Below, piece after piece: positions 1-13,730 of a stretch of DNA of 64,000 nucleotides. Source of the DNA: Octopus sinensis (lineage: Eukaryota); contig NC_042999.1 in assembly GCF_006345805.1 (NCBI RefSeq), forward strand, positions 39,680,001 to 39,744,000. Direction: 5' to 3'. The number at the start of each line of letters is the position of its first letter. Positions within the stretch are counted from its first letter, which is position 1. The translations under genes and the position numbers were made by a program. Under the pieces are notes generated by a model that had not been told where the DNA came from, made no database searches, and was given only the letters and a program-made list of their open reading frames with translations.

Positions 1-674
1 ATTACGGTTAGGTTTATCAACACATCGACATTTTATTCTTCATACAAAATGAAACAAATATATACACGTTATATTGTCGACAAAACTTTGACAAAATGGA
101 AGATCGATGGAATAAAATGAAAAGAACAAAAGGTGCTGAAAGAGATCTTATTTTCCTGCTGTTCTTTTGTGGATGATCAGTAGTTTAAGAAACAAGGAGT
201 GTGAGCCTGATACTATCAGTCGATACTGGTAATTGCTACGATGCTGTCTGTGTGGTTGTGCATTATTATATTTCTTTAGATTATATCAATGGTATCTCAG
301 ATCTATTACAAGTTTGTGTGGACATATCTACTCTTCTCCCGTATTTTTTGCATATTTGTAATATGTAGTTTCTACTCCTCATAGGTATAGAATATTTTCA
401 ATATATTTAAAAACATTTGGTGTATTACAATATTATAATTAGCGTCGCTAATTCTCCATTTGCAAAAAACTTTACGTTACTACCATCATTCGAAGAAGAG
501 GGAGAATGACGCTTCATCTAATTTCACTGCATATATGATGTGAATGTTTTTTGAAAAGTATTTAACTGATTGCCCAGAAACCACTTGTGTATTATAGTGA
601 AGTTATTACTTCAATTGCCTAGGCGTAATATTAAACGTAATTGCAATGGCCATGGTTTATATATATATATATGT

Positions 675-721
<47 letters not shown>

Positions 722-1623
722 TGAGTGTAAATGTATATATATATATATACACACACACATATATATATATACATAAATGGAAATACAATTTGTCAATGTT
801 AAAGATTTATATTTAAAAAATCAATACGTTATCCAAAGAGGCATAACATATCCAAAAGACACAAAATTTTACGTCAGAATAAGAAAACAAGGATACTAAA
901 CATAGAAATAAGCATGAAATTGATAAATATTAATGCAGGCTATCATTTATATGCATAGAAAAAGCTAATATGTGAAGAAACGAAGTGCTATTAGGCAGCA
1001 GAATGCTGTGGGGTAGAGGTGAAAACCGAGTATTTTAGCATAAACTATTTTCGCCTATTGGAATCACAATCAATTTCAATCAGAATCTTATCCATATTCA
1101 AATACCTGAACGATATTGCATATTGCGAGTTATATACGAAAAGTGTTTTTAAAATTTACTAACGTATATCGGCTATTCAAATTATTTAACTAGTCAACAA
1201 AGTTGTTCTATGTTTTACAATGTACATAGTGGAGGATGAATAAATTTAACGGAACTGTGTATCGAAATGTTAAAAAGGAATGATCAAATTATGAAAATCT
1301 AGGGGATATGCCTGAGGCGTCGGTAAATAAATTCGGAATTTCTTTGCTTCAAATATTGTAACACTGGAAATGGTACAGTGAATTAAAATTTTCTAAAAAT
1401 CAATTGAACATTGTATGTCTTATTAAACATTTCGATAATTTGGTTGATATTTACGAAGTGCCAAAATAATTTTACCATAGTCATTAAGAACTAAGTTCGG
1501 ACTAACAAGATAAATGAATATTAGAGCCATAGATATATTGTTGTGCACCAAATAAGGTAACAAACGCCAAATACAATATATGAATGTTATATTCTATTGT
1601 ACATCTCACCAATATGTTATAAG

Positions 1624-1662
<39 letters not shown>

Positions 1663-1665
<3 letters not shown>

Positions 1666-1947
1666 ATTTAAAGGACTGACCATTAAAAGTGGACAGTCAA
1701 TATCCTAGATATAGACGTCAAAATCGCTATTTTCCACGAAGAATGTGTTCTCAAGAAAAAAACTCAGCACAAAACCAAATGAAAACATACGAAATTAAAA
1801 ATTTTCATTTGTCTTGCTTATTTTTTTACACTTTGGTTTTGTGCTGAGTTTTTTCTTGAGAACACATTCTTCGTGGAAAATAGCGATTTTGACGTCTATA
1901 TCTAGCATATTGACTGTCCACTTTCAGTGGTCAGTCCTTTAAATTTT
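1663..1947. repeat. Foldback/MITE-like inverted repeat, ~117-bp arms, ~52-bp spacer
   Basis: 1663-1779 is the near-perfect reverse complement of 1832-1947. Confidence 0.9.
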
Positions 1948-2035
1948 GAAAGTATAAAATATTTTAATCTTCGTATTTTTTTAATATGCTAGGCCACTGG
2001 TTTTAATTGATTAATATCAATTTCTACCCTTATTC

Positions 2036-2081
<46 letters not shown>

Positions 2082-2409
2082 TTGAAATCTTAGACTCAGT
2101 AGCAATACTATGAATCAAATACAACCATACAGAGGATGTGAAACACTTACCACAGAGTTCTCAAAATGGTTTGAACTAGTCAAATAATGGAAACCAAAAT
2201 TTAATTAACTTACTCCCTTTTAGTTTTGCATATTATATGCACTGAAAGTACTAATGGAATCAGAGCGAAATAAAACTTTACCCTTAGATGCATATTGCTT
2301 CGAATTTTTTTTGTACGTTGATATAAGTAATTTGCGCTATTTCTTCCGACTCATTCATCCTGAGTTAATGTTCCAATTAGGTTGATTTGGCCATTCAATG
2401 AGGTCGACT

Positions 2410-3235
2410 TGGTTTACTACACTCACAATATGTCAGATAGCTTCTTTTCTGCTGCAACACATCGTACAAAGACGCGGTTCGTTACTCTTAATCTCTTTGG
2501 AAGTTAGTTTAATTAGTTCTCATTGATATGAACCCAATGCCACAGTGCATCCTCTCACGTCACTTTTTCTTAGCCATCTCCAAGTGTTCATATTATTTTG
2601 GCCTCCGATTTCTCGGTGGCGATGCCTATGCAATGGTTTTATTTTCCAACTGTTTACTCTTCTATCTTCATCTTCTTCCTTAATTTTTTGTAGGTGTATC
2701 ACATTTTCGGTAGGTATCGCATTGTTAATTCTGACAGCGGCAAGCACAGATTAACTCTGCTGCTTGATGTTCCATCCAGATTGTTCTTCCTGTTAACAAC
2801 ACAGATTTTGCATTCAATGAGGCCTCTTCGTCCCCTTTTCCTTAGCACATACAGTCTGTCAATATCGCTTTTGGAGTGTACTTGATAATTGTCATCAAAT
2901 TTCTGGTTTTCCTTTCCATTTCCTCAAGTTCATACTTTGTCCACTTAACAACCTCTGCACCGCATCGCATTAAGGAAACAGTCCTCGTGTTCATTGCCCT
3001 GATTTTTTTTTTCATTCAGCCTACTTCCCACAATAAATTTGTCTTTTCTGAGGCAGTCGCGCGTAAATCTTCCCTTGTAGTGTCAAAGTCTTTGGTTTTC
3101 TCGCTGTTGCGTAGCCCTACAGGATCAGACGACACTACTTTGCAAGCATACCACACGTCTTAGTCCCAAATTCCATTCCGATATCCTTACTGAGTATCTG
3201 CAATGTTGGAACGAGGCAATTTATTTCACTTTCGG
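2410..3235 (-). pseudogene. R4/Dong-type LINE fragment (RT end to zinc knuckle), inverted
   Basis: Minus-strand remnants SKDIGMEFG, TKYELEEMERKTR, KSDIDRLYV, KPLH, WRWLRKSD and LCTMCCSRKEAI*HIVS. Confidence 0.75.
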
Positions 3236-3254
3236 TCTTCCTAAAGATTTTAAA

Positions 3255-3590
3255 ATTATATAAAGTACAGACTACTAAAAGACGAAATTGCAAAAATGTG
3301 GACTATGACTAGAGTGTCTATTATTCCAGTAATTGTAGGAGCACTTGGAGTACTAACAACCAAGTTCGAGAAATATGTCAGAGAAATCGGAATTGGCATG
3401 AGAGCAGAGCAGTCCCCCAAAACTGAGCTGCTGGCGACAGCTAGAATTTGATATTAGTACTTGGATGTCGAATATATCTCACGATACTTAACTACCAAAT
3501 TCCAAAGCTTATAAAGTGCGGAAAAACACTCTGTGAGACCTGGCAATAGGCTGCTATCCGCTCTCATAGAATCTACCAGAGCAAAAAAGA
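3255..3590 (+). pseudogene. R4/Dong-type LINE 3' end (RLE C-terminus + UTR)
   Basis: KYRLLKDEIAKMWTMTRVSIIPVIVGALG...KTELLATARI, followed by a trinucleotide array. Confidence 0.75.
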
Positions 3591-3891
<301 letters not shown>

Positions 3892-4413
3892 GGCTTCTGA
3901 TCTTAACTGACTGGAAGTGTTATCATGTACATTGTTTTGTCTTGGTATAAAAGATGGGCTACAGCAAATATTCTGCTCAATACCACAGGTTTGCTTGTCA
4001 GTTGTTTGACCATAACCAGTTGAGCATGTCCCTTAGTGGCTGACGATATGTGCATCTCTGATCACGAGCAGAAGTAGTGGGGGAGCATCATGGCCATGTG
4101 TTGAGAGGGATTCTTTGGAGTTTGAATGGTTCACCTCTGGAAACATAGGTGTTTCGTTCAACATCCTAAAGCAACCCTTATTCAGGGACCGTTTGAGCAG
4201 GATGGGCTACTCAACCTGAAGAAAATTCTAACTGGGCCCCACCTGCAAGGTCATGTGTTGTTTATCTTGATATGAGATCACCATGTCACGCACATATGGT
4301 TGTGATGCATGTGCCTGGTGTACCTTTATCAGACGGGTAGTCATGATGGGTATATTGGGCTTCGTATATTTTACCCCAGTGTCACTTTGATGGCATGAAC
4401 TGCTCTCTCACTC
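3892..4413 (+). mobile_element. Second copy of the unassigned (AAT)n-flanked repeat (lacks ~35-40 bp at the left)
   Basis: Direct alignment by eye to 46749-47258. Confidence 0.85.
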
Positions 4414-4477
<64 letters not shown>

Positions 4478-5080
4478 TCAATATCGATGCTAAACTTCTT
4501 TTCTATATTCCAATATTTCATAAAACTCTATTCAAAATACATAATATAGCAATCGTATTGCATTCTAGTTAGTCGCATATACTAAGTTCTTGTGAGAAAA
4601 TCTCCGCCTATGTTGAAATACTGCGGGCAAAATAGTTATTTTGTCAACAAACTTCCGTGCATAACATCTATATTAATAAACATACTGCACGTGATCAATA
4701 CCAATATTTATTTTTTTGTGTGTTTAATAAAAATATCTCATATAATCTGCAGGGATTCGTAAACGTTCAACACAGTATGTTATAAACATGATACAAATTT
4801 GAATAATTATTGCCCACGCTATGTTGTTGATATTTAACCTACAGCTCCTAAGCATTTTATATTTGCGTCACTGTATACATATATAATACGCATACGTGCG
4901 TATGTGTCTGCAAGTGTGTGAACCTGAGTGATTATGTGTATGTTTGACTCAAAATACACCACACACATACACACATAAATATGCGTAAATATACATATAT
5001 ATGCGTGTATGTCTGCATGTATATATATATTTATACGAAATATATATATATATATATGCTTATATCTAAAGTATATATAT

Positions 5081-5122
<42 letters not shown>

Positions 5123-5522
5123 CGTATATATATGTGTGTGTGTATGCATGTATATATGCATAGAGTTACTATATATATGAGACTATATGTATGTATGTCT
5201 GCGAAAAACGTATATCGTAGGAGAAATCGGATTTGATTTTCGGTCAACGTATCCCAAGAAGAAATGAAATATGCCTATTTGACTCTTTACTTTTACACTC
5301 TTCCTATATATACATATATCACTTTCTCTCCCTCTCGTTCCCTCACTCTCTGTATATGTACTTATCTCACCCCCGTTATCACCCCCTCTCTCTGTCACTC
5401 TTGATGTGATATGTTATGCAAGTGAGTCAAGCGCCTGTCTATGTAAATCTCCCTGTCTGTCTATTAGTCTCTGCTTTTTAGGCATTTTTCATTGAAAATG
5501 TTCGCCCTCTCTGTATAGATTT

Positions 5523-5573
5523 ACTATACTGTCACCCACTGACTATACCGTCACCCACTGACTATACTGTCAC
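5523..5573. repeat. 19-bp minisatellite, about 2.7 copies
   Basis: ACTATACTGTCACCCACTG units. Confidence 0.85.
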
Positions 5574-6058
5574 TCTTTCTCTACATATATATATATATAT
5601 TTCACACGCTAAATGTGAGTATATTTCTATAAGTGTGTATGTATACATGTGTGCAAGGAATATGATTGGGGTGACACCCTCAGAAAGTATCTGCAGCGAG
5701 CGCAGAAGACACTCAGGGGATTAAGGTATAAACTGGATGATATGCGAACACAAGCCTGTGAAGCACGGACTCAGGAGACACTCAAGTATAGGATGTATCA
5801 ATTTGATGAAAATCGCTCCAAAGCAGCCGTCGCAGAGATTCAAGTACTGGAGTGCATGCACTAAAAAGGTCAAGGTGACCCCTCAAGTGTAGGAACTGTT
5901 CAAAGATTGACAGAAGGTAAAAGATATGTGCGGGAGAGGAACAGAGAGAAAGTGTGTGTGTGCGCGTGCGTAGTGCATGCCCGAACACACACTCACACAA
6001 ACACAATTCCATTTCAATCACGAAACAGTGTGTGTGAGGGTTTTATATAAGTGTGTGT

Positions 6059-6101
<43 letters not shown>

Positions 6102-6132
6102 GTGTATGTGTGTGTGTGTGTGTGTGTGTCTA

Positions 6133-6183
<51 letters not shown>

Positions 6184-6201
6184 TTTATTTAAAAGCCGCA
6201 G

Positions 6202-6354
6202 AAACGTTACACCTTTAAAAATGGACTTGTTTGATTGGTCCTTTCAAATAACGGTCATATGCGAGCGATAATCAAAAATGAGTTGAATCGCTCGAATATG
6301 ACCGTTATTTGAAAAGACCAATCAAAAAAGTCCATTTTTAAAGGTGTAACGTTT
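6202..6354. repeat. Inverted repeat, 68-bp arms (65/68 match), 17-nt loop
   Basis: 6202-6269 versus 6287-6354. Confidence 0.92.
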
Positions 6355-6390
6355 ATACTAGTCTTGATAGAATTGTCATATCGGTTCTAT

Positions 6391-6449
6391 TTTAACAAAA
6401 CTGTCCGACGAACGGGAACGTGAAACTCCGAGTAACAAGTTTTGTTGAA
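6391..6449 (+). ncRNA. Type I hammerhead-ribozyme-like motif (U4C core variant)
   Basis: Stem I 14 bp with one bulge, core CCGACGA, stem II ACG/GGAA/CGT, GAAA, stem III ACTC-C-GAGT, GUA cleavage triplet. Confidence 0.65.
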
Positions 6450-6951
6450 TTTCTGCTGCATTTAAATAAAGCATATTACTCTACCCCTGGTATTTGAGTA
6501 CTCTTTTTTCCACCTTGTTTCATATTTATGTGTTTACCCTGGTATATATATATATATATACGTGAATTGAATTTAGCCATAGGCGTGGTAAGTGCCAGCG
6601 ATGAGAATTAAGGCGTCTAGCATTAAAATTCGAAATCACCGGTTATGTGGTACTGTCCGCTACGGAGCTTGTCTCCTTTTCATGCATTGAGTGCTTCCGT
6701 GGATATTGTGTTGTGTTGACTCATATTTTATAGCAATAATTGTACTAAACATAACTCTCTGTCACTTTATTGACGTCTATGAATTTGCCTACATATTGTG
6801 AAATCGCTAATGAGATCCCCATATTATTTGTGTGTATGTATATATATATGTGTATATACGTTTGTATATGTGTGTGCGTGTGTGTGTGTAGACAAACTTA
6901 CACACACACCGTTGCGTGTCTTATATAAATATATGGGTGTGTGTGTGTGTG

Positions 6952-7040
<89 letters not shown>

Positions 7041-7544
7041 GTATGCATGTATACACGCACCACACACACACCACACACACAACACACACGCACTCACACA
7101 CGCGCACGCAAATATATAATCGCTATTAGAGACAAGAGCTTTCTGTATATCTTACTTAACGTGGACATATTTTTGGAAAGGTCAAACAACTGCGGTGTCC
7201 GCATCCACTTAGCAGCTCTTATAAACGTATTGCTGTAGGAATTACATCCGTATATTAATAGCACAAGGAAACCGTCCCGAAATGGGTTTACTAGACAATT
7301 TTCACATTATCTCTACGCTAGATTTGACATGATAACCTTTCTATATTGGCTAGATTGAAATTTCGAGTCATTTTGAATACCATTTTAAACATAATCTTGG
7401 ACAATGATGTGTGTTTTGCGCGTTCGGCTTAAATTTACTAAGATGCTTAGGAATGATTTACAATTAATAATATTCTTAATGCTGGAACATATATAACTGT
7501 AAGTTCCAGTAAAATTCATATTATTATCGTCATTTATCTCTTAG

Positions 7545-7790
7545 ATATTTCAGTAATTAGACTGCGGTACAGTGATTGGAGAAACTGAGGCACAACCATT
7601 AAGAATTTTTAGTCGAATGAATCGACACGAGTACCTATTATCGTCTTCTTTTACCCGGTACGCATTCTATCCGACCTACTCATCGAAACGCTAATTTACA
7701 ATGACATAAATACCCCAACAGCGGCTGTCAAGCGGTGGTGCAGGACAAACAGTGACATGAAAACACAAACCTCCCCACACACACACAAAT
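7545..7790 (-). mobile_element. SINE family 1 3' half, degenerate
   Basis: Reverse-complement similarity to 16860-17040. Confidence 0.6.
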
Positions 7791-7794
7791 ACAC

Positions 7795-7835
<41 letters not shown>

Positions 7836-7952
7836 CATTTATATGAATATATACACATATATTCGCATACGTTCTGGCGTTTTCTTCTCGCATATTAGGA
7901 ATCCACCTTGGTGGCTATACCTCTTATTTATGTGTTATATATATATATACAT

Positions 7953-8039
<87 letters not shown>

Positions 8040-8041
8040 AC

Positions 8042-8076
<35 letters not shown>

Positions 8077-8129
8077 CATACATACATACTTCTATATATA
8101 TTATTTTTGCGCATGCGCATTCTTTGTGA

Positions 8130-8760
8130 GTAATTTTGTCGATTACACAGTAATGATAGAGTCAGCTGGCCAGTTGACCACCGTCTCTGGGAAAACGGCA
8201 CCATGACGCAATTTCCTCTACCAGAAACTTGGAAACGATATGCTGTACTGCTTGGATTTCACGCATGAAGCTACAATACAAGTATTTCAGTATCTGGGTG
8301 TAAATCTGAGGACAGTGCATGTAACGAGATTGATAAAATCAAATATCCAACCAACACCATGTTGTTTGGGTACTAATGATGGCGATTTTAGGCCTCAATT
8401 CATTTTCCGACATGACCAAAACATCAAGACAGATGCCTATATCAAATGCTTTGTAGAGGTAGTGCTGCACTTGGTGAGAAGGGTGGCTACTGAAAGACAC
8501 TATATCTGGCAACAAAACTCTGCACTATGCCACATAAGCGGGAGAAAACTGTCATAGTTGCCAGACAGCTTCCGCGATCACATTCATCCTTAACATCTGG
8601 CCACCTAACTCTCTAGTCAGCAAACCCTCGATTATTATGTGAGGGGCGCAGTTAAGAGTGGGAGAGACCAATAAAAATCCTTGTAACACCAAAGAAGAAA
8701 TAAAGCCACGTTTATGGCAGCATTCACCGAATTAAACAAGGAGACTGCGCAGAAGAGTGG
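8130..8760 (+). pseudogene. Internally deleted Tc1/mariner transposase remnant, probably maT (DD37D)-like
   Basis: Remnants TNDGDFRPQFIF, AYIKCFVEVVL, YIWQQNSALCH, IWPPNS and DYYV(R/W)GAV. Confidence 0.7.
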
Positions 8761-9194
8761 GGGTGTATGTGTGCATAAAGGCATGTCCATATATATATAT
8801 ATATATACAAATTGTCATACACGCGTAATTGTATAGATTAGGAGATATAAATATATATAGAGTTATATGCATGATAAATTTGTTTCTCGTATACTAGAAC
8901 TCATCAGACCATCTGCACAGTTTTATGACCATCTAAGCGGCTGAGATCACAACATTCTTCTGGACGATTCGCCCCTAAGGTGCAGATTTTAGTTTTCGGT
9001 GGAAAAGAGTCCATCCGATAACATAGCGTTCTGTACATGTGACTGCGTATATGTATGCATGTAGGTATGTCTGTCTGTATGTATATGTATATATAAAAAA
9101 ATACAAAATGGGACAAGAACGCAAAACATCCGGACAAAAGTGGGACAACAAAACATCCAGATACACGATAGAATAGACGATATGTGTGTGTGTG

Positions 9195-9385
9195 TGTTTG
9201 TATTTGTGTTTGTCCCCCATTCATCACTTGACATCAGATTTTTCGGGTGTTTATGTCTCCATAGCTAAGCGGTTCTACGAAGAAACAGATAGAAGTGGTA
9301 ATAAGCTTTAAAAAAGATGTCCTGTGATCAATTTCTTCGATGAAAAGAACCCCCTTAAGGAGGTGTTCCAGCATGGCATGGGGAG
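9195..9385 (+). mobile_element. SINE family 1 3' half, degenerate
   Basis: Similarity to 16860-17040. Confidence 0.6.
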
Positions 9386-9413
9386 TGTAATAGAAGATTA
9401 TATATATATATAT

Positions 9414-9698
9414 GGAGGCGCAACGGCCGAGTAGTTAGAGCAGCGGACTCGCGGTCGTAGGCTCGTGGTTTCGATTCCCAGACCGAGCGTTGTGAGTGTT
9501 TATTGAGCGAAAACACCTAAAGATCCACGTGGCTCCGGCAGGGGGTGGTGGCGGTCCCTGCTGTACTCTTTCGCCACAACTTTCTCTCACTCTTTCTTCT
9601 GTTGGCCTGCTCGCTTAGCCAGCTAAAACAATGCAAAGGGCATTGTGACCAGTGATGTGTAGCAACATCTGATAGCCTGGTCGGTCATGGTGATCATG

Positions 9699-9702
<4 letters not shown>
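9414..9702 (+). mobile_element. tRNA-derived SINE (family 2)
   Basis: A-box-like CGGCCGAGTAGTTAG and B-box GGTTTCGATTCC, a non-tRNA body and an (AT)n tail. Confidence 0.8.
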
Positions 9703-9795
<93 letters not shown>

Positions 9796-10501
9796 GTTTA
9801 TATATATGTATATATATGTGTATATATATATGTATGTATATGTATATATATAAAATGAATAACCTCGTACTCGAGTTTCAGAATTTCCAGGAGACTAAGC
9901 TATCCATTCAAGGTTGTTCATTTATCCGGCCTTATTCCTCGAGATAAGACGAAAATATTTTGTGTTCGCAGCCCGCACACATATTTGCCTCTATACATTC
10001 AGTGAAGCTTTACGTAGCGTCGCAGGGTATCGACTGGTATTTTTAGCAAACAATGGTGCCTTGTTGTGCCACTAATTCCTATTGATGTTTCCATCTTTAC
10101 GTTGCTTTATTTAGATGGAAAATTCTTGTATTGTTTTGCAATAATTTTCATGATTTTTATATAAAACTCTGTCACTGATCTAAGTTCTTTTTACGGCGTG
10201 TCAGCCGAATATAATGGCATTGATGTAGCAGATATTTTAAATTCCGTCCCCGGTGAACCTAACTGGATACGACTAACCAGATTTACGATAAGAGACGTAT
10301 TCTCAAAGTCCGAAACTCGACTACCAGTTTATCCATTCTAGGTTGTCCATTTATCCAGCATTCTTCCTAGAGGCAAGACGAAATTTATAAAGTTCGCTGC
10401 CCGCACACATCGGTTCGTAAGCTTATCGACTGCTATTTTCAGCAAACAGTGTTGCCATGTTGTGCTACTATTTCCTAAACACACACACAGGCATATATAT
10501 T

Positions 10502-10581
<80 letters not shown>

Positions 10582-10613
10582 TAAAATATATCTATAGTAT
10601 ATATATATATATA

Positions 10614-10645
<32 letters not shown>

Positions 10646-10767
10646 AACCACATATACATATATTACTTCCGCGCGCACGTGTTTACATATCTCAATGCAC
10701 GCCTGCAGACATTAATATTCATAAAATTCAGTTGATATGTTCAAAGAAAATGAATTTTGCACTTTAT

Positions 10768-10815
<48 letters not shown>

Positions 10816-11243
10816 GTGTGTGTGCGTGTGGGCGTGGGCGTCCATATGACCGATTGCATACGTATAAACCTAATACATGTTGTAGATATGTATAAATTTT
10901 CATTTTCAAGTACTAACACTTTTATATACATTCATAAACAATCACCCCACTCACCTATGCAAACCTGCACCCCAGCAGGCATAAACATAATCGTAATCAC
11001 ACGAACGGTATCATGAGAGTTCTTAAGAAATTTGATAAATAGCTCTGTTAGATATACAGCTGTAAAGACACCAGATAAAGACACCAGACAGACTGACTAT
11101 GTCGCGAGCTTTCTATGTTTTTCAACAACGTAAGTGAATAAGTATAGAATTTCAAAATACTCCTCAATTACATTTTTCGTTATATTCACATCAATCACTG
11201 CATGTACACGATCTTACGCTTTTTGTATAGCAGGCTTTCTCTG

Positions 11244-11318
11244 TGTATGTATGTATGTATGTATGTATGTATGTATGTATGTATGTATGTATGTATGTAT
11301 GTATGTATGTATGTATGT
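11244..11318. repeat. (TATG)n array
   Basis: Read directly. Confidence 0.95.
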
Positions 11319-11522
11319 GTATATGTATTCTGTAGAAGCGAATCCCAATGTGTGTGTAGGTACACATTCATATATGCATTCTTCTTCATATGCATTCATT
11401 CAAGAAAACATACATGCTTGCAAACATATATACATACACATATGTACATAATACACACATAAGTACACACATTCACACATACACACACACCATATATATA
11501 TATATATAATATATATATATAC

Positions 11523-11579
<57 letters not shown>

Positions 11580-11639
11580 GCATATATCTCTCCTCACGCC
11601 CACACCGCCGCTCTTGCCCTTACCTCTGCAACGTTACAC

Positions 11640-11897
11640 TCCTCTCGCTGTCCTTCTCTATACAGCAGTCAAACTGACGGGTTCACGGAACACTTCCGAG
11701 ACATTAGACTCGTCAAAGACATCCCGGTCTCACACCATTTCCGCTCTACCATTCATTCTTTACCACACCTATCTGCATTCGAATTGTCCTTACACAGGGG
11801 CCATCCGGACACCCGTCTTCGCCGTGAACATAGATTAATATTCTCTCTTCGCTCCTTTGCCTCACTCGGGCACAAATCACATTCCCTCTTAATCTAA
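11640..11897 (+). pseudogene. Penelope-like GIY-YIG C-terminal remnant
   Basis: A frame not in the ORF track gives SRCPSLYSSQTDGFTEHFRDIRLVKDIPVSHHFRST...RLRREHRLIFSLRSF. Confidence 0.7.
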
Positions 11898-12384
11898 CCC
11901 TCATCCTCTCTCCTCACTTCCTCTCACACCTACTTGCTCCTACCCACCTCTCCACTCTTGCTCTGGCACCTACTTCTTCTCTTCAATCCTACCCACATTC
12001 TCTCTTCATTGTCACTCCCGCCCTCATTACTCACCCCGAAACATTCCAAACCAACCATCTCTATAAATTCCACCCCAGCCCATCTCTTAGACGCCATCCT
12101 TGCTTTCCATACTCTCGCCTATCCCACACCCCAACCCACCAGACCACACATCACCACACCAATCCACCACTCACCACCGCTCCACACACCACCATACCAC
12201 ACCATACAACATCACACCACCCCGCACACACTAGCAGTGACTACTTCCAAGCACCTACACCAGCTCACACATTAGTACTGACTACTTCCCTGCATCTACA
12301 CCATCGTCCACACACATACACATGGTTACCAGCCCCCTCCCACACACAGACACGCTCTCACATACACGGGCACGCACACCTTAG

Positions 12385-13262
12385 TTTTGGGATCACCACT
12401 ACTTTATTATCTCCCCTTCTTCCGTGTGTAGGTTCCTCAGCCTCTTTTGGAAAATATTAAAATGCTGTGGGCCCATGAAACCCAGGCTGTTCCAGTAACT
12501 GGTCCTCAAGTACGATGGCATTGCCGAGATTCTGGCATTTGTGTAACTTTCAATGTGAAAATGTGGAACAATTTTTGCTAGGATCTTCCAAATGTATATT
12601 ACTGCATACCTCTTCCACCTTCGCTCCAGTGAGTAGAGCCTTAGCTGTTTCAACCTTTCGCAGTAGCTGAGCTGTTGCAATAAGACGATCTTCTTTGTGA
12701 AGCTTTGCTGGATAGCTTCATGGTCCGCTGTTAATCTTACACTGTTGGATGACCATAGCTGGGAGTAGTAATCCAGGCGGCTGAGGACGAATGTCCTCCG
12801 GCGGACCATCATGGGTTCCTTCTCTCTGGTTCTAATCGTGTTCAAGATCTAGCCAGCCAGTTGTCTGCGCTTTGTCGCCTTCCTGGTAATGTGCACTCGG
12901 AAGAAAGTCTCAACAATCATATCTATACCCAGGTACCTCACTTATTTACGCCCTTGGATTGTAATCCCCTGTGGACCAGTGTGCCCTGTGAGCTTTATAT
13001 TCAGTTTTGGATGCTGGTAACGCAGAGCTCGGAATTTTCCACCATTAAACTTCATATTATAGTCCTCAGCCCATCTGTAATTTGAGTCCAAACCATGCTG
13101 CAGTTGTGCAAATCGCTGGGCTTCTGTATTTTCTGCGAAACTTTCCTATCGTCTGTGTAGCTAGCAAGGGTGGCTATTCGAGCAGCTGAAGACATATCTG
13201 AGACGGCCACTATGAAAAGCAGTGGTCCCAAGATAATGCCCTGTGCAATACCGCTCACTATT
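12385..13262 (-). pseudogene. CR1-like LINE RT and 3' remnant, internally deleted
   Basis: SGIAQGIILGPLLFI...SYTDD and SRLDYYSQLWS...LSYCERLKQLRLYSLERRW. Confidence 0.75.
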
Positions 13263-13329
13263 TGTGTTTACTTTGGCCACTACTCCCACTATGATCAATA
13301 ATAGCCAATTTATACAAGTAATAAATTTG

Positions 13330-13730
13330 GGAATTTGTCTTTAAGATCAATATCACTAAAGCAAGCACAATGGCTTCCATACATTGATGACAGCTTTATA
13401 CTCTGGTTCCACGAAGAAAATGTCCAAGTACTGCTAACTCATATGAACTCAGTAAAGCCACCCATACAGTGCAGAATGGAAAATGAAAAGGGCAATCAGC
13501 TAGCGTTCCTAGATTTATTAATAACATGAACTAAGCATGGGTTCATGACATCCGTATACCGCTAGCCAACCTTCACTGGATGACACTCATATGAAAAGCC
13601 ACTCGAAAAAGATACAAATGATATGCGGTCCATATGTCATCAGGATGGTATTCAAGGGTAATATAACACTTCGCAAATATCTCCTTCGAGTAAAACAACC
13701 AATAGAAGAGAATATGAAAGCAGCACCAAA
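13330..13730 (+). pseudogene. Penelope-like reverse transcriptase remnant with internal deletions
   Basis: WLPYIDDSFILW...HMNSVKPPIQCRMENEKGNQLAFLDLLI and MVFKGNITLRKYL. Confidence 0.7.

Noticed and set aside
5649-5864. 71-aa non-repetitive ORF (MCKEYDWG...)
   Set aside because: No recognisable homology. The DNA has a motif (AATTTGATGAAAATCGCTCC) resembling the Helitron-end module, so it is probably a repeat remnant.
9414-9490. tRNA gene
   Set aside because: A/B boxes are present but there is no complete cloverleaf or terminator, and it continues into a SINE body.
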